From IMG/VR virus record IMGVR_UViG_2898615884_000001, positions 1-64,000 of that record: 64,000 nucleotides of DNA; one strand, written 5' to 3'. A model generated the notes under the pieces. That model did not search any database. It was not told the DNA's origin and worked only from the letters and a program-made list of their open reading frames with translations. Source of the stretch: a virus (lineage: Duplodnaviria > Caudoviricetes). This document shows positions 16,819 to 27,276 of the stretch, in pieces; the first letter of the stretch is position 1, and every line of letters begins with the position of its first letter. A program made the translations under genes and the position numbers.

Positions 16819-19800
16819 CTAAATGCCGTGCATGAACAGCACCCGGTCGAGCGCGCTGGTGATCGCCTGGTCCGGTGGGAGGTGCTGCAGCTCGTGCAGA
16901 TGCAGCTCGCCGACCGCCGGTCCGGTCCGCTCGGCGCCGCGCTGGGCGAGGGTGTGGATGTCCGACCACTGCCGCCCGGTGAGGACCGGCTCGGGTTTGC
17001 GGGTCTGGTTCACCGGCGGGAGCCACCCGCCCGAGTCGAACGACAGCGGCCGCAGCCGCGGCCCGTACCCGGCCACCACCCCGCCCGGGTCACCGGCGAT
17101 GCCGAGCCATTTCGCGACGTCCCAGCCGCGGCCGGTGCCCTTGATGAACTGCTCGCCCAGGCCCTTCACCAGCGCGCCACCGGCGGCCAGGCCGGGCGGG
17201 TAGCCCCACCACGGCGTGGAGCGCGTGAGGAGATGCTCGGACACGCGGGTGCCGGTGCGTGCGGCCTCCACGATCCACGTCCGGCCGCCCTGCACGCGGC
17301 TGGCCAGGTAGGTGTGTCCGCTGTGGGGCTGGCCGACCGCGCCCGGCTTCGGACCGGGGATGGTCTTCATGTAGTCGCGCTGGGTGTAGGTCGTTCTGGT
17401 GATATTGCGCTTGGCGCCGTCCAGCCAGGCGCGCATCGTCAGACCGGAGCAGTCGATCCCCGACAGGTCGGTGCCGCCCCACCGGTACCAGGTGCCGATG
17501 TATTTGCGGGCGGCTTCGACGACGGACTGCTGCCCCCCGCCCCCGAAGCCCTTCTTGAACGCGCCGACCAGCGACTCCATCGCCTCCCACGCCGACCCGA
17601 GGAGCTTCTTGGGGATCGCGGCGATCGCCGACCCCCACGGGCTGGTGGCCAGCCCCACGGCCGACGGCACCATCTTCGCCGCGAGATCATCGAACAGCTT
17701 TTTCGGGTCGTCCAGCAGCGCGAGCCCGAGTTTGCCCACGTCGGCGACCTTGGACGCGGTCTTCTTCACCCCGTTCCAGATGCCGCCGAGCAGGCCGCCG
17801 CCCTCCAGCATCTGCAGGCGCCGGCCCGCCGCGAGCCACAGCGACTGCGCGCGCTGCTTGTGCTTGGCGGCGGTGGGGATCACGAACTCGGGTGCCTGGG
17901 TGTCGCCCTCGCCGACGATGGCGGTGGCCTTGGTGTACACGCCGGGCCGTGCCGTGACGGGGTTGTCGAGCGTGCCACCCGATTCCAGCAGCCCGACCTT
18001 CCCCAGCTGCAGGTTCCCGCCCAGGTGCAGCCACCCGATCACTTTGTTCCACAGGTTCCGGATGCCGTTGTTGTACACGTGGTCGATCACGAAATTGACG
18101 GGGGCTTTCGTGGCGTTCCGCAGTTTCGCCCAGGTCGAGGAGATCGCCGACATCCCGCTGGAGAAGGAATTGCGGACTGCGGACATTCCGCGTGACACGC
18201 CGTTCTGGACTGCGTGGATGGCGTTCGTCGTGGTGTTCTTGATCGAGTTCCAGTGTCGGACCACCTGGATGATCGCGGCGGCGAGGGGCCCGCCGATGAT
18301 CGACACCAGCAGTTGCCAGTGGGACCGCACCCACCCGATCGTCCCGGAAACGGCGCTGGCCAGGGCGTTTCTGATCCGCGACCAGTATTTGATCACCAGG
18401 CCGACCAGCAGGCCGAGCGGCCCGAGCACGATCGCCAAGATCAGCTGCCAGTGCGACCGGACAAAATTGATCGCGAATGTGATCGCAGAAGTCACGGCAG
18501 TTTTGATCTGCGACCAATATTTGATCACGAGCCCGATCCAAATACCGAGCGGGCCGAGCACAATCGCGAGCAGCAACTGCCAGTGCTGCCGCACGAAATT
18601 CACGACGAACGAGATCGCGAACGTCACCGCGGTCTTGATCGCGTTGAACGTGCCGATCACGATGTTGCGGAACGTGCTGCTCTTGTTCCAAGCCAGCACC
18701 AGCGCGGCGACCAGCCCGACGATCGCCAGCACCACGATCCCGATCGGGTTGGCGGACATCGCCGCGTTCAGCAGCCACTGCACCGCCGTCCACGCCGCCG
18801 TCGCGGCCTTGACGACCCCGGCCGCGACCGCGGAGGCGATCGCGGCCGCGCGCTGCCGCAGGTTCGCCACCGCGCTCGCCGTGGCCGCACGCGCGTTCGC
18901 CAACTGCGCCGCAGCCGCAGCCCTCAACGCCGCAGCCTGCGCCGCGATCCAGTTCCCCGCAGCCGCCGCCCTCGCCCGGCCCTGCGCGACCGCGTTGGCG
19001 GTGGCGGCGCGGGCGTCGGCGAGCTTGGCCGCGGCCGCCGCGCGGAACGCGGTCGCCTGCGCCTTGATCCAGTTCCCGGCGGCCGCGGCCTTGGCCTTGA
19101 CGTTGGCCTTGGCGTCCGCCAGCGTCGCCGCCGCCGACGCGCGCGCCGCGGCGGCCTGCTGCCGCCACCGCTGCAGCTGCGACCGGATCGCCGCGCCGAG
19201 CGTGTTCGCCCTGGTCGCGCTGTCAGAAAAGGCGAGGTTGACGTTGCGGAACCCGGCGATGAACCCCCGCGTGGCGGTCACCCCGGTCCGCAGACCGCCC
19301 ACCACACCCGACACCGCCGGCGCGACGCCCTTCACGGCCGCGACGCCCAACATCGCCAACTTCAGGGACACCAGCGCGTAGGCGATCGCGCGGATCACCG
19401 CCGGGTCCATCGAGGCGATCCCGTCAGCGACCGCCTTGATCGCCCCCAGCGCCCCGAGCCCGCCGCCCCCCGCCGCCGGTGCCAACGCCAAGATCACATG
19501 ACCGATCGCCTTACCGATCGACTCGGCGGTCGCCACGACCTTGGGGCCCGCCTCCCGCACATAGGCCAGGAACCCCTGGAACTCCTTGCTGCCCCCGTTC
19601 GCGAAATTCGTGGTCGCCCACTCCTTGAACCTCGCGGCCAGCCGCTCGATGAACTGGACCGCGATCGGAGCGAACGGCAGGAACGCGCGGAACATGCGGC
19701 CGAACCCGACCGCCACATCGACCGCGGCGTTCCCCAGCCCCTTGATGCTGGGCCCGGTCAACGCCGCGAGCTGCTTCTTGAACGCGGTGAACTCGCTGCC

Positions 19801-21453
19801 CTTGGCGCCCTTGGCGACCCGGTCCAGTAGCCCATCGAACGCCGACGCGGCGCCCTTCACGAACGGCGTCAGCGAGGGGATCTGGCCCTTGAGGATCGCG
19901 ATGCCCTTGCTAAACAAGGGCAGGACCGTCGGCTCCATCGACTCGCGCCACTTGGTGAAGGCGTTGGTGAGGCCCTGCCAGTCGGTCTTCAGCTTCTCCT
20001 CGGCGGGCGTCAGCTTGGTCATCGCCCGCCCGAGCGTCGAGGTCGCCGCGGCTCCCGACAGGCTCGCCGCGGTCAGCGCCCGCCGGGCCGAGGCGACCGC
20101 GTCCGCGGACTGGGCGTCGGCGCGGGCGACGTTCTGCCGGGCGCGCGCCACCGCGAGCTCGGAGTTGCGCACCTGCCGGTTGGCGTCGGCGAGCCGCTGC
20201 CGCGCCTGCCGCACCTGATCCGACCCCTCGACCCCGGCCTTGGCCGCGGCGCGCTCATCGGCGACCAGCCGCTTCTGCGCCAGCTGCTGCTCGCGCAGCT
20301 GCTGGATGGCCTGGTCGTAGCGCAGCTGCGCCTCCTGGCGGGCGAGCTGGTCCTCCTTGCGTTTCTGCTTGGCCGCGGCGAGCTGCTGCTGCGCTGCCGT
20401 CACGGCGGCCTGCGCGGCGGCCTTGGCCGCATCCGAGGCCGCCGGATCCGCCGCGAGCTTGGCGGCGTTGGCCTGCGCCTGCGCCACCCCGGTCTGCGCC
20501 TGCTGCACCGCCAGGTCGTCCTGCCGCGCGGAGGTGAGCTTCTCCAGCGCGAGCCGGGCCTGCTGCACCGCGAGCTGGTCCTGCCGGATCGCCAGCGCCC
20601 CGTCGATGACCTGGTTGCGCATGTCGACCAGGCGGCGGGAGGCGTCCGCGCGCGCCTGGTTGAGGGCCTGCTGCGCCTGCTGCGCGTTGCGCTGCGCCGA
20701 GGCCAGCGACTGCTCGGCCTGCCGCACCCCATCCAGGGCCTGCTGGTGTGCGTACCCGGCGTTGCGGAGCGCGGAGGCCAGGGCCTGCTGCGCGCCGGCC
20801 AGCGCGAGCGCGCGCTGCTGCCCCTGCACGGCCGACCCGTTCGACTGGGCCTGCGCCGCGCCCTCCTCCGCGATCGCCTGCTTGATCTTGTTGAACGCCG
20901 GGACCGCGACCGCCTGCAACCCCAAGACCCCGACACCCGCCGCGGCCGCGGCGCCGGCCAGACCAGAGATCCCCACGATCGCGGTCGCGCCGACCGGGAT
21001 CGCCGCCAGCGACAGCAGCGCCATCCCCAGTTCCTGCACCGCCGCCAGCGCGGGTCCGGTGTCGATCGAAACCGACGGCTCCGAACTGGAGGCCGCGGCG
21101 TTGAAACCGGTGGAGAACTGCAGCCCGGACTCCTGGCCGCTGGCGGCCGACTCCGACACATACCGGCCTAGGGCGTTGCGCAGGCGGCCTTGGGCGTCGC
21201 GGGTGAACGTCTCCCCGAACCCCTGGCCGAACTGCTGGCCGGAGTCGCGGCCGCCGGCGTCGGCGTCCCCGTTGAACTGGCGGAAGACGTCGCGGAGCCG
21301 CCCGGGTGATTCGCTGCTGAACCCGTCCCCGAACGCCTGGCCGAACGAGCGGCCGCTGTCGCTGCCCGCCCGCCGGGCTTCCCGGTCGACGTCGCCGCGG
21401 AAACCGGAGGGGTCCGCGCGGACACGGACGAACGCTGTCGCCAGGGGCGCCAT
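16819..21453 (-). CDS. Tape measure protein with C-terminal NlpC/P60 peptidoglycan hydrolase domain
   Basis: 1544 aa, Ala-rich helical, Trp-periodic repeats; [20 protein letters not shown]...GH motif. Confidence 0.95.
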   Translation of the reverse strand: MAPLATAFVRVRADPSGFRGDVDREARRAGSDSGRSFGQAFGDGFSSESPGRLRDVFRQFNGDADAGGRDSGQQFGQGFGETFTRDAQGRLRNALGRYVSESAASGQESGLQFSTGFNAAASSSEPSVSIDTGPALAAVQELGMALLSLAAIPVGATAIVGISGLAGAAAAAGVGVLGLQAVAVPAFNKIKQAIAEEGAAQAQSNGSAVQGQQRALALAGAQQALASALRNAGYAHQQALDGVRQAEQSLASAQRNAQQAQQALNQARADASRRLVDMRNQVIDGALAIRQDQLAVQQARLALEKLTSARQDDLAVQQAQTGVAQAQANAAKLAADPAASDAAKAAAQAAVTAAQQQLAAAKQKRKEDQLARQEAQLRYDQAIQQLREQQLAQKRLVADERAAAKAGVEGSDQVRQARQRLADANRQVRNSELAVARARQNVARADAQSADAVASARRALTAASLSGAAATSTLGRAMTKLTPAEEKLKTDWQGLTNAFTKWRESMEPTVLPLFSKGIAILKGQIPSLTPFVKGAASAFDGLLDRVAKGAKGSEFTAFKKQLAALTGPSIKGLGNAAVDVAVGFGRMFRAFLPFAPIAVQFIERLAARFKEWATTNFANGGSKEFQGFLAYVREAGPKVVATAESIGKAIGHVILALAPAAGGGGLGALGAIKAVADGIASMDPAVIRAIAYALVSLKLAMLGVAAVKGVAPAVSGVVGGLRTGVTATRGFIAGFRNVNLAFSDSATRANTLGAAIRSQLQRWRQQAAAARASAAATLADAKANVKAKAAAAGNWIKAQATAFRAAAAAKLADARAATANAVAQGRARAAAAGNWIAAQAAALRAAAAAQLANARAATASAVANLRQRAAAIASAVAAGVVKAATAAWTAVQWLLNAAMSANPIGIVVLAIVGLVAALVLAWNKSSTFRNIVIGTFNAIKTAVTFAISFVVNFVRQHWQLLLAIVLGPLGIWIGLVIKYWSQIKTAVTSAITFAINFVRSHWQLILAIVLGPLGLLVGLVIKYWSRIRNALASAVSGTIGWVRSHWQLLVSIIGGPLAAAIIQVVRHWNSIKNTTTNAIHAVQNGVSRGMSAVRNSFSSGMSAISSTWAKLRNATKAPVNFVIDHVYNNGIRNLWNKVIGWLHLGGNLQLGKVGLLESGGTLDNPVTARPGVYTKATAIVGEGDTQAPEFVIPTAAKHKQRAQSLWLAAGRRLQMLEGGGLLGGIWNGVKKTASKVADVGKLGLALLDDPKKLFDDLAAKMVPSAVGLATSPWGSAIAAIPKKLLGSAWEAMESLVGAFKKGFGGGGQQSVVEAARKYIGTWYRWGGTDLSGIDCSGLTMRAWLDGAKRNITRTTYTQRDYMKTIPGPKPGAVGQPHSGHTYLASRVQGGRTWIVEAARTGTRVSEHLLTRSTPWWGYPPGLAAGGALVKGLGEQFIKGTGRGWDVAKWLGIAGDPGGVVAGYGPRLRPLSFDSGGWLPPVNQTRKPEPVLTGRQWSDIHTLAQRGAERTGPAVGELHLHELQHLPPDQAITSALDRVLFMHGI

Positions 21454-21456
21454 GCC

Positions 21457-21774
21457 TCACCCCCGTCCGCGGTTCACATCCCGGAGGAAGGCGGCCTCAG
21501 CCGCGCGGGCACGGGCGTCGAGCGGCTCCAGCAGCCGCGCGTCGAGCTTCTCGATCTCCTCGGGGTCGCCGCCGTCGGTGAGGAAGGCGTAGACGGTGTT
21601 GCACAGCTGCCGGGGGGTGAGCGCTACAGCGCCTCGGCCAGCCGCCCCACGGGCACCAGCGTGTCGTCCATGCCCGGCCGCGCCCGCGGCGCCGGAGGAG
21701 AGGAGGAGGTGGCCGTCGAGGGTGCTCCAGTTGTGGGCGGCCCACTGGAGGAGCCGGACGGCTGCCGGGTAGGG
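21457..21774 (-). CDS. Tail assembly chaperone, frameshifted (T) portion
   Basis: Open frame -1 relative to the upstream chaperone (RLLQWAAHNWSTLDG...LTPRQLCNTVYAFL), ending just before TMP. Confidence 0.65.
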   Translation of the reverse strand, partial: PYPAAVRLLQWAAHNWSTLDGHLLLSSGAAGAAGHGRHAGARGAAGRGAVALTPRQLCNTVYAFLTDGGDPEEIEKLDARLLEPLDARARAAEAAFLRDVNRGRG

Positions 21775-22184
21775 CGGGCGTTGATGACCTCGATCGCCTG
21801 CTGGACGACCGTCATCATCTCGTCGGCCTCGGCCTTCTTGACGGTCATGTCCCGCTCGAAGCGCTTCCAGTCGTCCTCGTGGAGGCAGTCGCGGAGCATG
21901 TCGTAGATCGCGACGAGGCCCTCCATGTCGTTGGCGTCGACGTCCATGGAGGCGGTGTGCGCGAACTTCAGCAGCGGCATGAGGCCGACCTTGTCGGCGA
22001 CGCGGTAGTGGCCGCCGAGGCATTCGACGGTGTCGCCGTGGACGACGCCCTCGCTCATGGCCTGGATCTGGTGGGCTTGGGCCTCGGCGTCCTCACCGGC
22101 GTTGAACATCACCGGCGGGACGGCGCCCTCCGTTTCGGGGACGGTCTCGACCTCGATCATCGGGACGGACTGCAGCTGGCTCAT
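21624..22184 (-). CDS. Tail assembly chaperone (G)
   Basis: Between tail tube and TMP; RPTRQPSGSSSG motif. Confidence 0.8.
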   Translation of the reverse strand: MSQLQSVPMIEVETVPETEGAVPPVMFNAGEDAEAQAHQIQAMSEGVVHGDTVECLGGHYRVADKVGLMPLLKFAHTASMDVDANDMEGLVAIYDMLRDCLHEDDWKRFERDMTVKKAEADEMMTVVQQAIEVINARPTRQPSGSSSGPPTTGAPSTATSSSPPAPRARPGMDDTLVPVGRLAEAL

Positions 22185-22186
22185 GG

Positions 22187-22771
22187 TCACGCCCTCGCCG
22201 CGCCGGTCGTCCAGTACTTGAACGGCAGGGACCCGTCGGCCGGCTTCTCGAACGTCCACTCGTTGGGCAGGGTCGCCTTGTCCGCGCCCTTCGCACGACT
22301 GATGTTGATCTTGCCGGTCTGGAAGCACTGGATCCCCACCAGCCGCTCGGTGGAGTCCTGCGCCTCCCACCCGATCATGCGCCGGACCTCCGAGCCCAGC
22401 TCCGGCGGGGCGAACTCGTTCAGCTGCGTCGCGCCGCTACCCGTGGTGGTGATCGTGCCGCCGTTGACCGCCAGCTTGAAGTTCGTGGCGTGGATCTGCG
22501 CCAGGTCGAACGTCATCGAGATCACGCGGCCGGTCGGCACCACCGCCACCGCGTCCAGGGTCTCGGCCACCTCCACGTTGTCGGTGGACAGCTCGTAGTT
22601 GAACTCCGAGCCCTTGTCGGTCGCGCCGAACAGGCTCCACGCGACGGGCCAGGTATCGGTGAACACACCTCCGGCGACGGTGTTGGCCGGGAACGCCGAG
22701 GCGAGCGGCGCCCAGTACAGGAATCCAGGGCCGAGGGCGATCGCGTTGATCGGAACAGCGACTGCGGGCAT
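22187..22771 (-). CDS. Major tail (tube) protein
   Basis: LGPGFLYWAP...FGATDKGSEFNYE; position. Confidence 0.85.
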   Translation of the reverse strand: MPAVAVPINAIALGPGFLYWAPLASAFPANTVAGGVFTDTWPVAWSLFGATDKGSEFNYELSTDNVEVAETLDAVAVVPTGRVISMTFDLAQIHATNFKLAVNGGTITTTGSGATQLNEFAPPELGSEVRRMIGWEAQDSTERLVGIQCFQTGKINISRAKGADKATLPNEWTFEKPADGSLPFKYWTTGAARA

Positions 22772-22846
22772 GGCGATGTCCCTTCCGGGCTGCTACAGCC
22801 CTCAGGTGGTGGGTGATGGAAGAGCGCCGCGCTACGCGGCACGGGG

Positions 22847-23284
22847 TCAGATGAGGGCGGGATCAGCCAGCAGGAAGTCGGCGTCGACCAGGTACCGGAA
22901 CTGCTCGTGGTTGGACTCGGAGTCGTCGATCAGGAGCGGACCGGAGATGTTGTCGACGGTCAGGCACACCGCCTCGCCCATCGGGGTGCGGGTGCCGCCG
23001 AGCGACAGGGTGTGCAGGAGGGATGCGTAGGCGGTCGCGGCGCGCGCGGCGATCAGCTTGGTCGGCGCGTAGATCGCGGCGGAGATCCGGGCTTGGTCGA
23101 CCGGTTGCTCGACGGTGAGGGTCGGGACGCCGCCGACGCGGGTGAGGTAGGCGTAGGCGCCTCGTCCGGGGCTGTGCTGCCGGTTCAGGAAAGCGCCGAG
23201 CTGGAGCGGATGCCCCACGCCGACGAGGTCGCCGGTGCGGGAGTTGATGAAGGCGCGGACGGCGGCCTCGGCGTCAACGACCAT
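22847..23284 (-). CDS. Tail terminator protein
   Basis: Position before the tail tube; DAEAAVRAFI...RYLVDADF. Confidence 0.7.
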   Translation of the reverse strand: MVVDAEAAVRAFINSRTGDLVGVGHPLQLGAFLNRQHSPGRGAYAYLTRVGGVPTLTVEQPVDQARISAAIYAPTKLIAARAATAYASLLHTLSLGGTRTPMGEAVCLTVDNISGPLLIDDSESNHEQFRYLVDADFLLADPALI

Positions 23285-23441
23285 CAGCGGTGTCCGCCCG
23301 GCGGCAGATCTCGTCGAGGAGGGCCCCGGGGATGAGGTGAATGTTGTGGTGCCAGCGTGCGCGCGTGGCCCGGCGGCCGAGCATGGTCGGGCAGTACAGG
23401 GCGTGCGCGATCGCATCCAGCCGCCGCCAGCGCCGCTTCAC
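23274..23441 (-). CDS. Possible small inserted basic protein (55 aa)
   Basis: GTGA overlap with the upstream stop; fills the gap exactly. Confidence 0.35.
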   Translation of the reverse strand: MKRRWRRLDAIAHALYCPTMLGRRATRARWHHNIHLIPGALLDEICRRADTADGR

Positions 23442-23875
23442 AGCTGCATCATCACGTCGAGCGCGGGCCGCAGATGCGGCTGAGCGCGGGTCCCCGGGTG
23501 GCGGACCTTCCGGCCGAACACCTGCCCGGTCTGGCGGTTCCGCAGCGGGTAGTCGCCGTGCGAGGCGATGTCGTGCGGCTCCGTGCCGACCTCGATGAAC
23601 AGCCCCAGCGGCTTCCCGTCGGGAGTGGTCGAGGGGTTCTTGACGTCCACGTACAGGCCCTCGCGGTCGCGGCCCAGCTCCCACCCGATCTGCGACCGCG
23701 AGTAGCCGGACGGCCGTCCGTGCGACCCGCGGGGACTCACCGGGCAGAGGGTCTTGGCGGCCTGCGCGCCGACCGTCCCGCGCCGCGACAGGTCCCGCCC
23801 GACCGGCCCCTCCTTCGAGTTCAGGAGCCTGTCGAGTTCCGCCTCGTCCCACACGAGCCAACCGCCTACCGCCAC
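23438..23875 (-). CDS. HK97 gp10-like tail completion protein
   Basis: LFIEVGTEPH...VRHPGTRAQPHLRPAL. Confidence 0.8.
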   Translation of the reverse strand: MAVGGWLVWDEAELDRLLNSKEGPVGRDLSRRGTVGAQAAKTLCPVSPRGSHGRPSGYSRSQIGWELGRDREGLYVDVKNPSTTPDGKPLGLFIEVGTEPHDIASHGDYPLRNRQTGQVFGRKVRHPGTRAQPHLRPALDVMMQL

Positions 23876-23878
23876 CGC

Positions 23879-24124
23879 TCAGCCCCCCTCGCTATCCGGT
23901 CCTGGGTCGGGTTCGGGCCGGGAATGCTCCAGCCGCCACAAGATCGCCTGGACCTGCCCGAGCGCATCGGCCGCCTTCTCCGGCATCGCCTCGTAGGCTG
24001 CCGGGGTCATGTGCGCGCAGAACCGCGACACCGCAGCGACGAGCCCGGCTACGGGTTCCAGGTCGGGCAGCCGGACCGTGACACTCCCTGGCGCCGCCGA
24101 CATGTCCTGCGGCCGGTGCGCCAT
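23879..24124 (-). CDS. Hypothetical protein
   Basis: TGATG coupling in the head-tail region. Confidence 0.5.
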   Translation of the reverse strand: MAHRPQDMSAAPGSVTVRLPDLEPVAGLVAAVSRFCAHMTPAAYEAMPEKAADALGQVQAILWRLEHSRPEPDPGPDSEGG

Positions 24125-24375
24125 CAGGACTTCGCGGCCGCCGTCTTGGCGGCCTTCGCCGGGCCCTGCTCAGCCGGGACGGCGTCGGCGGCGTTCTGCG
24201 TCGCCTGCTCGGCCGCCTGCGCCGCGGCCTTGGTGTCGACCTTGGCGACCTGCTCGGCCGAGTACCCGTGCGCCTCGACGTTCTCGGCGGGCACCGGGTC
24301 GCCCACGTGGTAGGCGCGGACACCGCCGTGCCAGATCTCCTGCAGCGCGACGTACTCGTACTCGGGTGCAGCCAT
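24124..24375 (-). CDS. Small hypothetical protein (head-tail region)
   Basis: RBS GAGAGGAG before ATG 24375 (MAAPEYEYVA). Confidence 0.65.
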   Translation of the reverse strand: MAAPEYEYVALQEIWHGGVRAYHVGDPVPAENVEAHGYSAEQVAKVDTKAAAQAAEQATQNAADAVPAEQGPAKAAKTAAAKS

Positions 24376-24389
24376 CGGCGTGGCTCCTC

Positions 24390-24824
24390 TCACAGATAGG
24401 TGTCGCCCCACGGGACGGGCTCGGGGAAGGCGTAGACGGGCCGGCCGCCGTCGGCGCCGGTACCGGCGTCGTCGCACGCGTCGATCAGCTGCTGCAGCGC
24501 GAGCTTCGCGCGGGCGTCCAGGGTGGTGTACAGGTCGGTGATCTGCGCGTTCCGTTCCGGCCACGCCAGTTCGATGTCGGCGGCGGCGCGCCACGCGGCG
24601 GCGTCGTTGGCCAGGCCGTACAGCGCTTCGGGGATGGACGCCACGGCCGCGCGAGTCTGCGCGACGGCGCCCTCCACGATCGGTTCGACCTCGTCGGCGG
24701 TAGGGACGGTGGTGTCGTTGAAGGTCCCGGCGGGGTTGTCGTTGCCGGGCTGGGTCTGGTCGCGGGTCTTGGTGGGGATCCGGGCGCCGACGTCGGTCAT
24801 GCTCGGCGCCCACGGCTCAGCCAT
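24390..24824 (-). CDS. Head-to-tail adaptor
   Basis: PSMTDVGARIPTKTRD...AAAWRAAADIELAWPE; position. Confidence 0.75.
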   Translation of the reverse strand: MAEPWAPSMTDVGARIPTKTRDQTQPGNDNPAGTFNDTTVPTADEVEPIVEGAVAQTRAAVASIPEALYGLANDAAAWRAAADIELAWPERNAQITDLYTTLDARAKLALQQLIDACDDAGTGADGGRPVYAFPEPVPWGDTYL

Positions 24825-25047
24825 CGCTCGCCGCGTCGATCATCCGCAGCACCTCTTGTGACTTTGCATCGACGGCTTGAGCCGCTTCGCCCAGGGCAGA
24901 GGAGAAGAGCCGCTGCGTCACCTCGGGTGTGCGCCCCCAAGCCCAGCCGCTACACAGGTCAGCCCATTCGCCATCGCCCACTCGCGCGCGGATGACGAAC
25001 TCGGCCCGCACCGGCGGCGGCACAGTGTGCGGTTCGGGGCGGGTCAT
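24817..25047 (-). CDS. Hypothetical protein
   Basis: TGATG coupling; overlaps the start of the adaptor gene. Confidence 0.45.
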   Translation of the reverse strand: MTRPEPHTVPPPVRAEFVIRARVGDGEWADLCSGWAWGRTPEVTQRLFSSALGEAAQAVDAKSQEVLRMIDAASDG

Positions 25048-25418
25048 CAGCCGGGGACGATCTTCGCGGCGATCGACACGCCCGTCACCGCCGAGCACAC
25101 GACCTTCGCATACCCCTTCGACCCGCCGCCCTGGTCGAACCGGCCGTCGTTGGCGATGTACACCTCCTGCTCATCCGTCGCGCCCATCGTCACCGTCAAG
25201 TCCTGATCAGCGCCGTAGCTCGACGTCACCACCGAATCGATCACCGCGTTGCACGCGGTCCCGGTCGTGCGGATCCGCAGAATCGTGCCGCGGCCCGACA
25301 GCGGGATCAGGTCACCGGTCGTCGCGGTCGCCGCCGCCCAGCCGGCGTCCTGCCCCGCGGCAGCACCGGTGGTCTTCGCACCGACCGGGGTCAGAGCTGT
25401 CCTGGCGAGTGTCGCCAT
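25047..25418 (-). CDS. Putative virion structural protein
   Basis: Thr/Gly-rich beta protein after the capsid gene; RBS AAGGGA. Confidence 0.65.
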   Translation of the reverse strand: MATLARTALTPVGAKTTGAAAGQDAGWAAATATTGDLIPLSGRGTILRIRTTGTACNAVIDSVVTSSYGADQDLTVTMGATDEQEVYIANDGRFDQGGGSKGYAKVVCSAVTGVSIAAKIVPG

Positions 25419-25482
25419 GGGGATGTCCCTTCTGTGGAGCGGCCCGGCAGCGTGACGGGGTCGCGCGCTGCCAGGCCGCGGC

Positions 25483-25854
25483 TCACTCGCCCTTCAGGGT
25501 CTTGACCAGCTCGGTCTTCGACAGGCCCTCGGCATCCGGGCGTTCCATCCGCCCCGAGCCCACGGCGTACTCGACCCAGGCGTCCTTGCCCGAGCCCGGC
25601 CCGTTCTCCGGCGGCATGCTCGGCCCGCCGCTCTCGGCCTGCAGCGACGCCTGCTCCTCACCCGAGTCCTTCGCCGGGGAGTCGCCGTCGTCGAGCGGCT
25701 CGATCATCTCGGCGTCGACCAGGAACTTCATCTTGTCGCTGGCAGGATCGCCGACGAACACCGTGTTCTGGTACAGCGTGCCCAGCTGGACACCGCGGTC
25801 GGTGTTCATCGGGATGTGCACCACACACGGCGCCAGCACCTTGTACCGCCTCAT
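25483..25854 (-). CDS. Capsid-adjacent protein with C-terminal HeH-like motif
   Basis: DAWVEYAV...DAEGLSKTELV. Confidence 0.7.
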   Translation of the reverse strand: MRRYKVLAPCVVHIPMNTDRGVQLGTLYQNTVFVGDPASDKMKFLVDAEMIEPLDDGDSPAKDSGEEQASLQAESGGPSMPPENGPGSGKDAWVEYAVGSGRMERPDAEGLSKTELVKTLKGE

Positions 25855-25867
25855 GTGTCCCAGCCCC

Positions 25868-26806
25868 TCAGGTGTTCGTGATCTTGATTCCGGCGCCGGG
25901 CTCCTGGATCACCGGGACCGTGAGCCGCCGGCCCCACAGCTCCCAAGCGTCCCGCTTGGCCTTGCGTTCGGACTGGACCTGGATCGCCATGTCCGACACG
26001 GCGTAGCCCGGGTCGACCTCCGCCTCGTCGGCCATCCCCCCGAGCTCCTCGTTGTCGATGATCCACACGTCGTCCGACGGCAGACTCGACAGCGGCGCGG
26101 GCACCACGATCAGATCCCCGATGATCTCGATACGGCCGTTGTAGACCGGGTTGTCGGTCGCCTCCCGCCGACGCAGCGACGCGATCGTGGGGTCGGACGC
26201 CATGTAGGCGTACTTGGTGTTGCTCATGACGATGATGTTCGGGTTGTAGCCCTGCTTGAGGTCCACGACCTGCGCCTTGGCCAGCTCGATGTCCCGCAGG
26301 ATCATCGCCGCCGTCGCGTTCGCCCACCGGTTCGAACCCGACCCGGTCGCGGCCTGCGTCGCGGTGATCGCCGACCCGACCGCCGACATGGTGATCCCGT
26401 CGACCTTGGTGATGATGGTGTTGACGGTCTTGCGGAGCGCGCGGTCCAGCGCGTCGCCGCCCTTCACCGTCCGCTTGATCGACTCATCAGTGAGGAACGT
26501 GCCCTGCCCCCACTTCTCGACCGCGGCCAGCGCGCCCGTCCCGGGAGAGGGGGTGTCCATCGGGTACTCGCTGCCGGGCGCGACCGACTCCACCGGGCGG
26601 GTGTTGACGATCGGCTCGGACACCTCGTAGGCGATCGCGCCGCCCGAGGTGCGGAACCGCTGGGTCAGCACCTGATCGGAGATGAACCGCAGGTCGACGA
26701 AGGTGCGAAGACGTCGGGTGATCTGCGCCGGGGACTGCAGGAGCCTGCTGATGGTCAGCAGGTCGCCGCTGAGACTGGGTGCCCCCGGCGGGTAAGCGTC
26801 AGGCAT
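25868..26806 (-). CDS. Major capsid protein (HK97 fold inferred)
   Basis: 312 aa after the cement gene; VAPGSEYP, EKWGQGTFLTDES; RBS GAAAGGAAG. Confidence 0.9.
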   Translation of the reverse strand: MPDAYPPGAPSLSGDLLTISRLLQSPAQITRRLRTFVDLRFISDQVLTQRFRTSGGAIAYEVSEPIVNTRPVESVAPGSEYPMDTPSPGTGALAAVEKWGQGTFLTDESIKRTVKGGDALDRALRKTVNTIITKVDGITMSAVGSAITATQAATGSGSNRWANATAAMILRDIELAKAQVVDLKQGYNPNIIVMSNTKYAYMASDPTIASLRRREATDNPVYNGRIEIIGDLIVVPAPLSSLPSDDVWIIDNEELGGMADEAEVDPGYAVSDMAIQVQSERKAKRDAWELWGRRLTVPVIQEPGAGIKITNT

Positions 26807-26886
26807 GGTCTTCCTTTCCCATGCGACAGCCCCCGACCCGGTGATGCTGGGCGGGGGCTGTACGGATGATCGTGACGGGGGCCGCC

Positions 26887-27273
26887 CTACAGGGCGACGT
26901 AGCGGACCTTGGCGGCGTCGGCGGCGGTGTTGAGCGCGATTCCGACGATGGAGCGGGCGTCGTTGATGTCGCCTGCCGTGGCACCGGACGCGGCCGCCTT
27001 GGACGCGACCTTCCCTCCGGCTGCGGCGACGAGCTGGTCGCCGGCGGTGACGGAGCCGGAGCCGACCACTTCGTGCTCTGGGCCGCGCAGGTGGATGGTG
27101 ACGCGGGCCCCGGACGCGGCGTCCGTGGCGAACACACCGATGACCTTCGCCGATCCGGCCGCGGCCGGGCCGACGGTGCTGTCCCCCGACACGGCGGCCA
27201 GGGTGCCGCCGGTGACCGCCGCGGACGTGGTGAAGGATCCCTTGCTCTCGTAAACCGGGATGTAGTCGCCCAC
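26887..27273 (-). CDS. Capsid cement/decoration protein (DUF2190-like)
   Basis: VIGVFATDAASG...SVTAGDQLVAAAGGKV...IVGIAL. Confidence 0.75.
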   Translation of the reverse strand: MGDYIPVYESKGSFTTSAAVTGGTLAAVSGDSTVGPAAAGSAKVIGVFATDAASGARVTIHLRGPEHEVVGSGSVTAGDQLVAAAGGKVASKAAASGATAGDINDARSIVGIALNTAADAAKVRYVAL

Positions 27274-27276
27274 GGG

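Noticed and set aside
18240-19150. 40-aa tandem repeats in the tape measure protein
   Set aside because: Real, but ordinary for TMPs; not a separate system
16222-21592. Long plus-strand ORFs (657, 660, 538, 411 aa) opposite the tape measure gene
   Set aside because: Antisense and off-frame shadows expected in about 72% GC DNA; no RBS and low-complexity translations
26826-26861. Hairpin upstream of the capsid RBS
   Set aside because: Probably an ordinary mRNA-stabilising or processing stem; nothing further supports a special role
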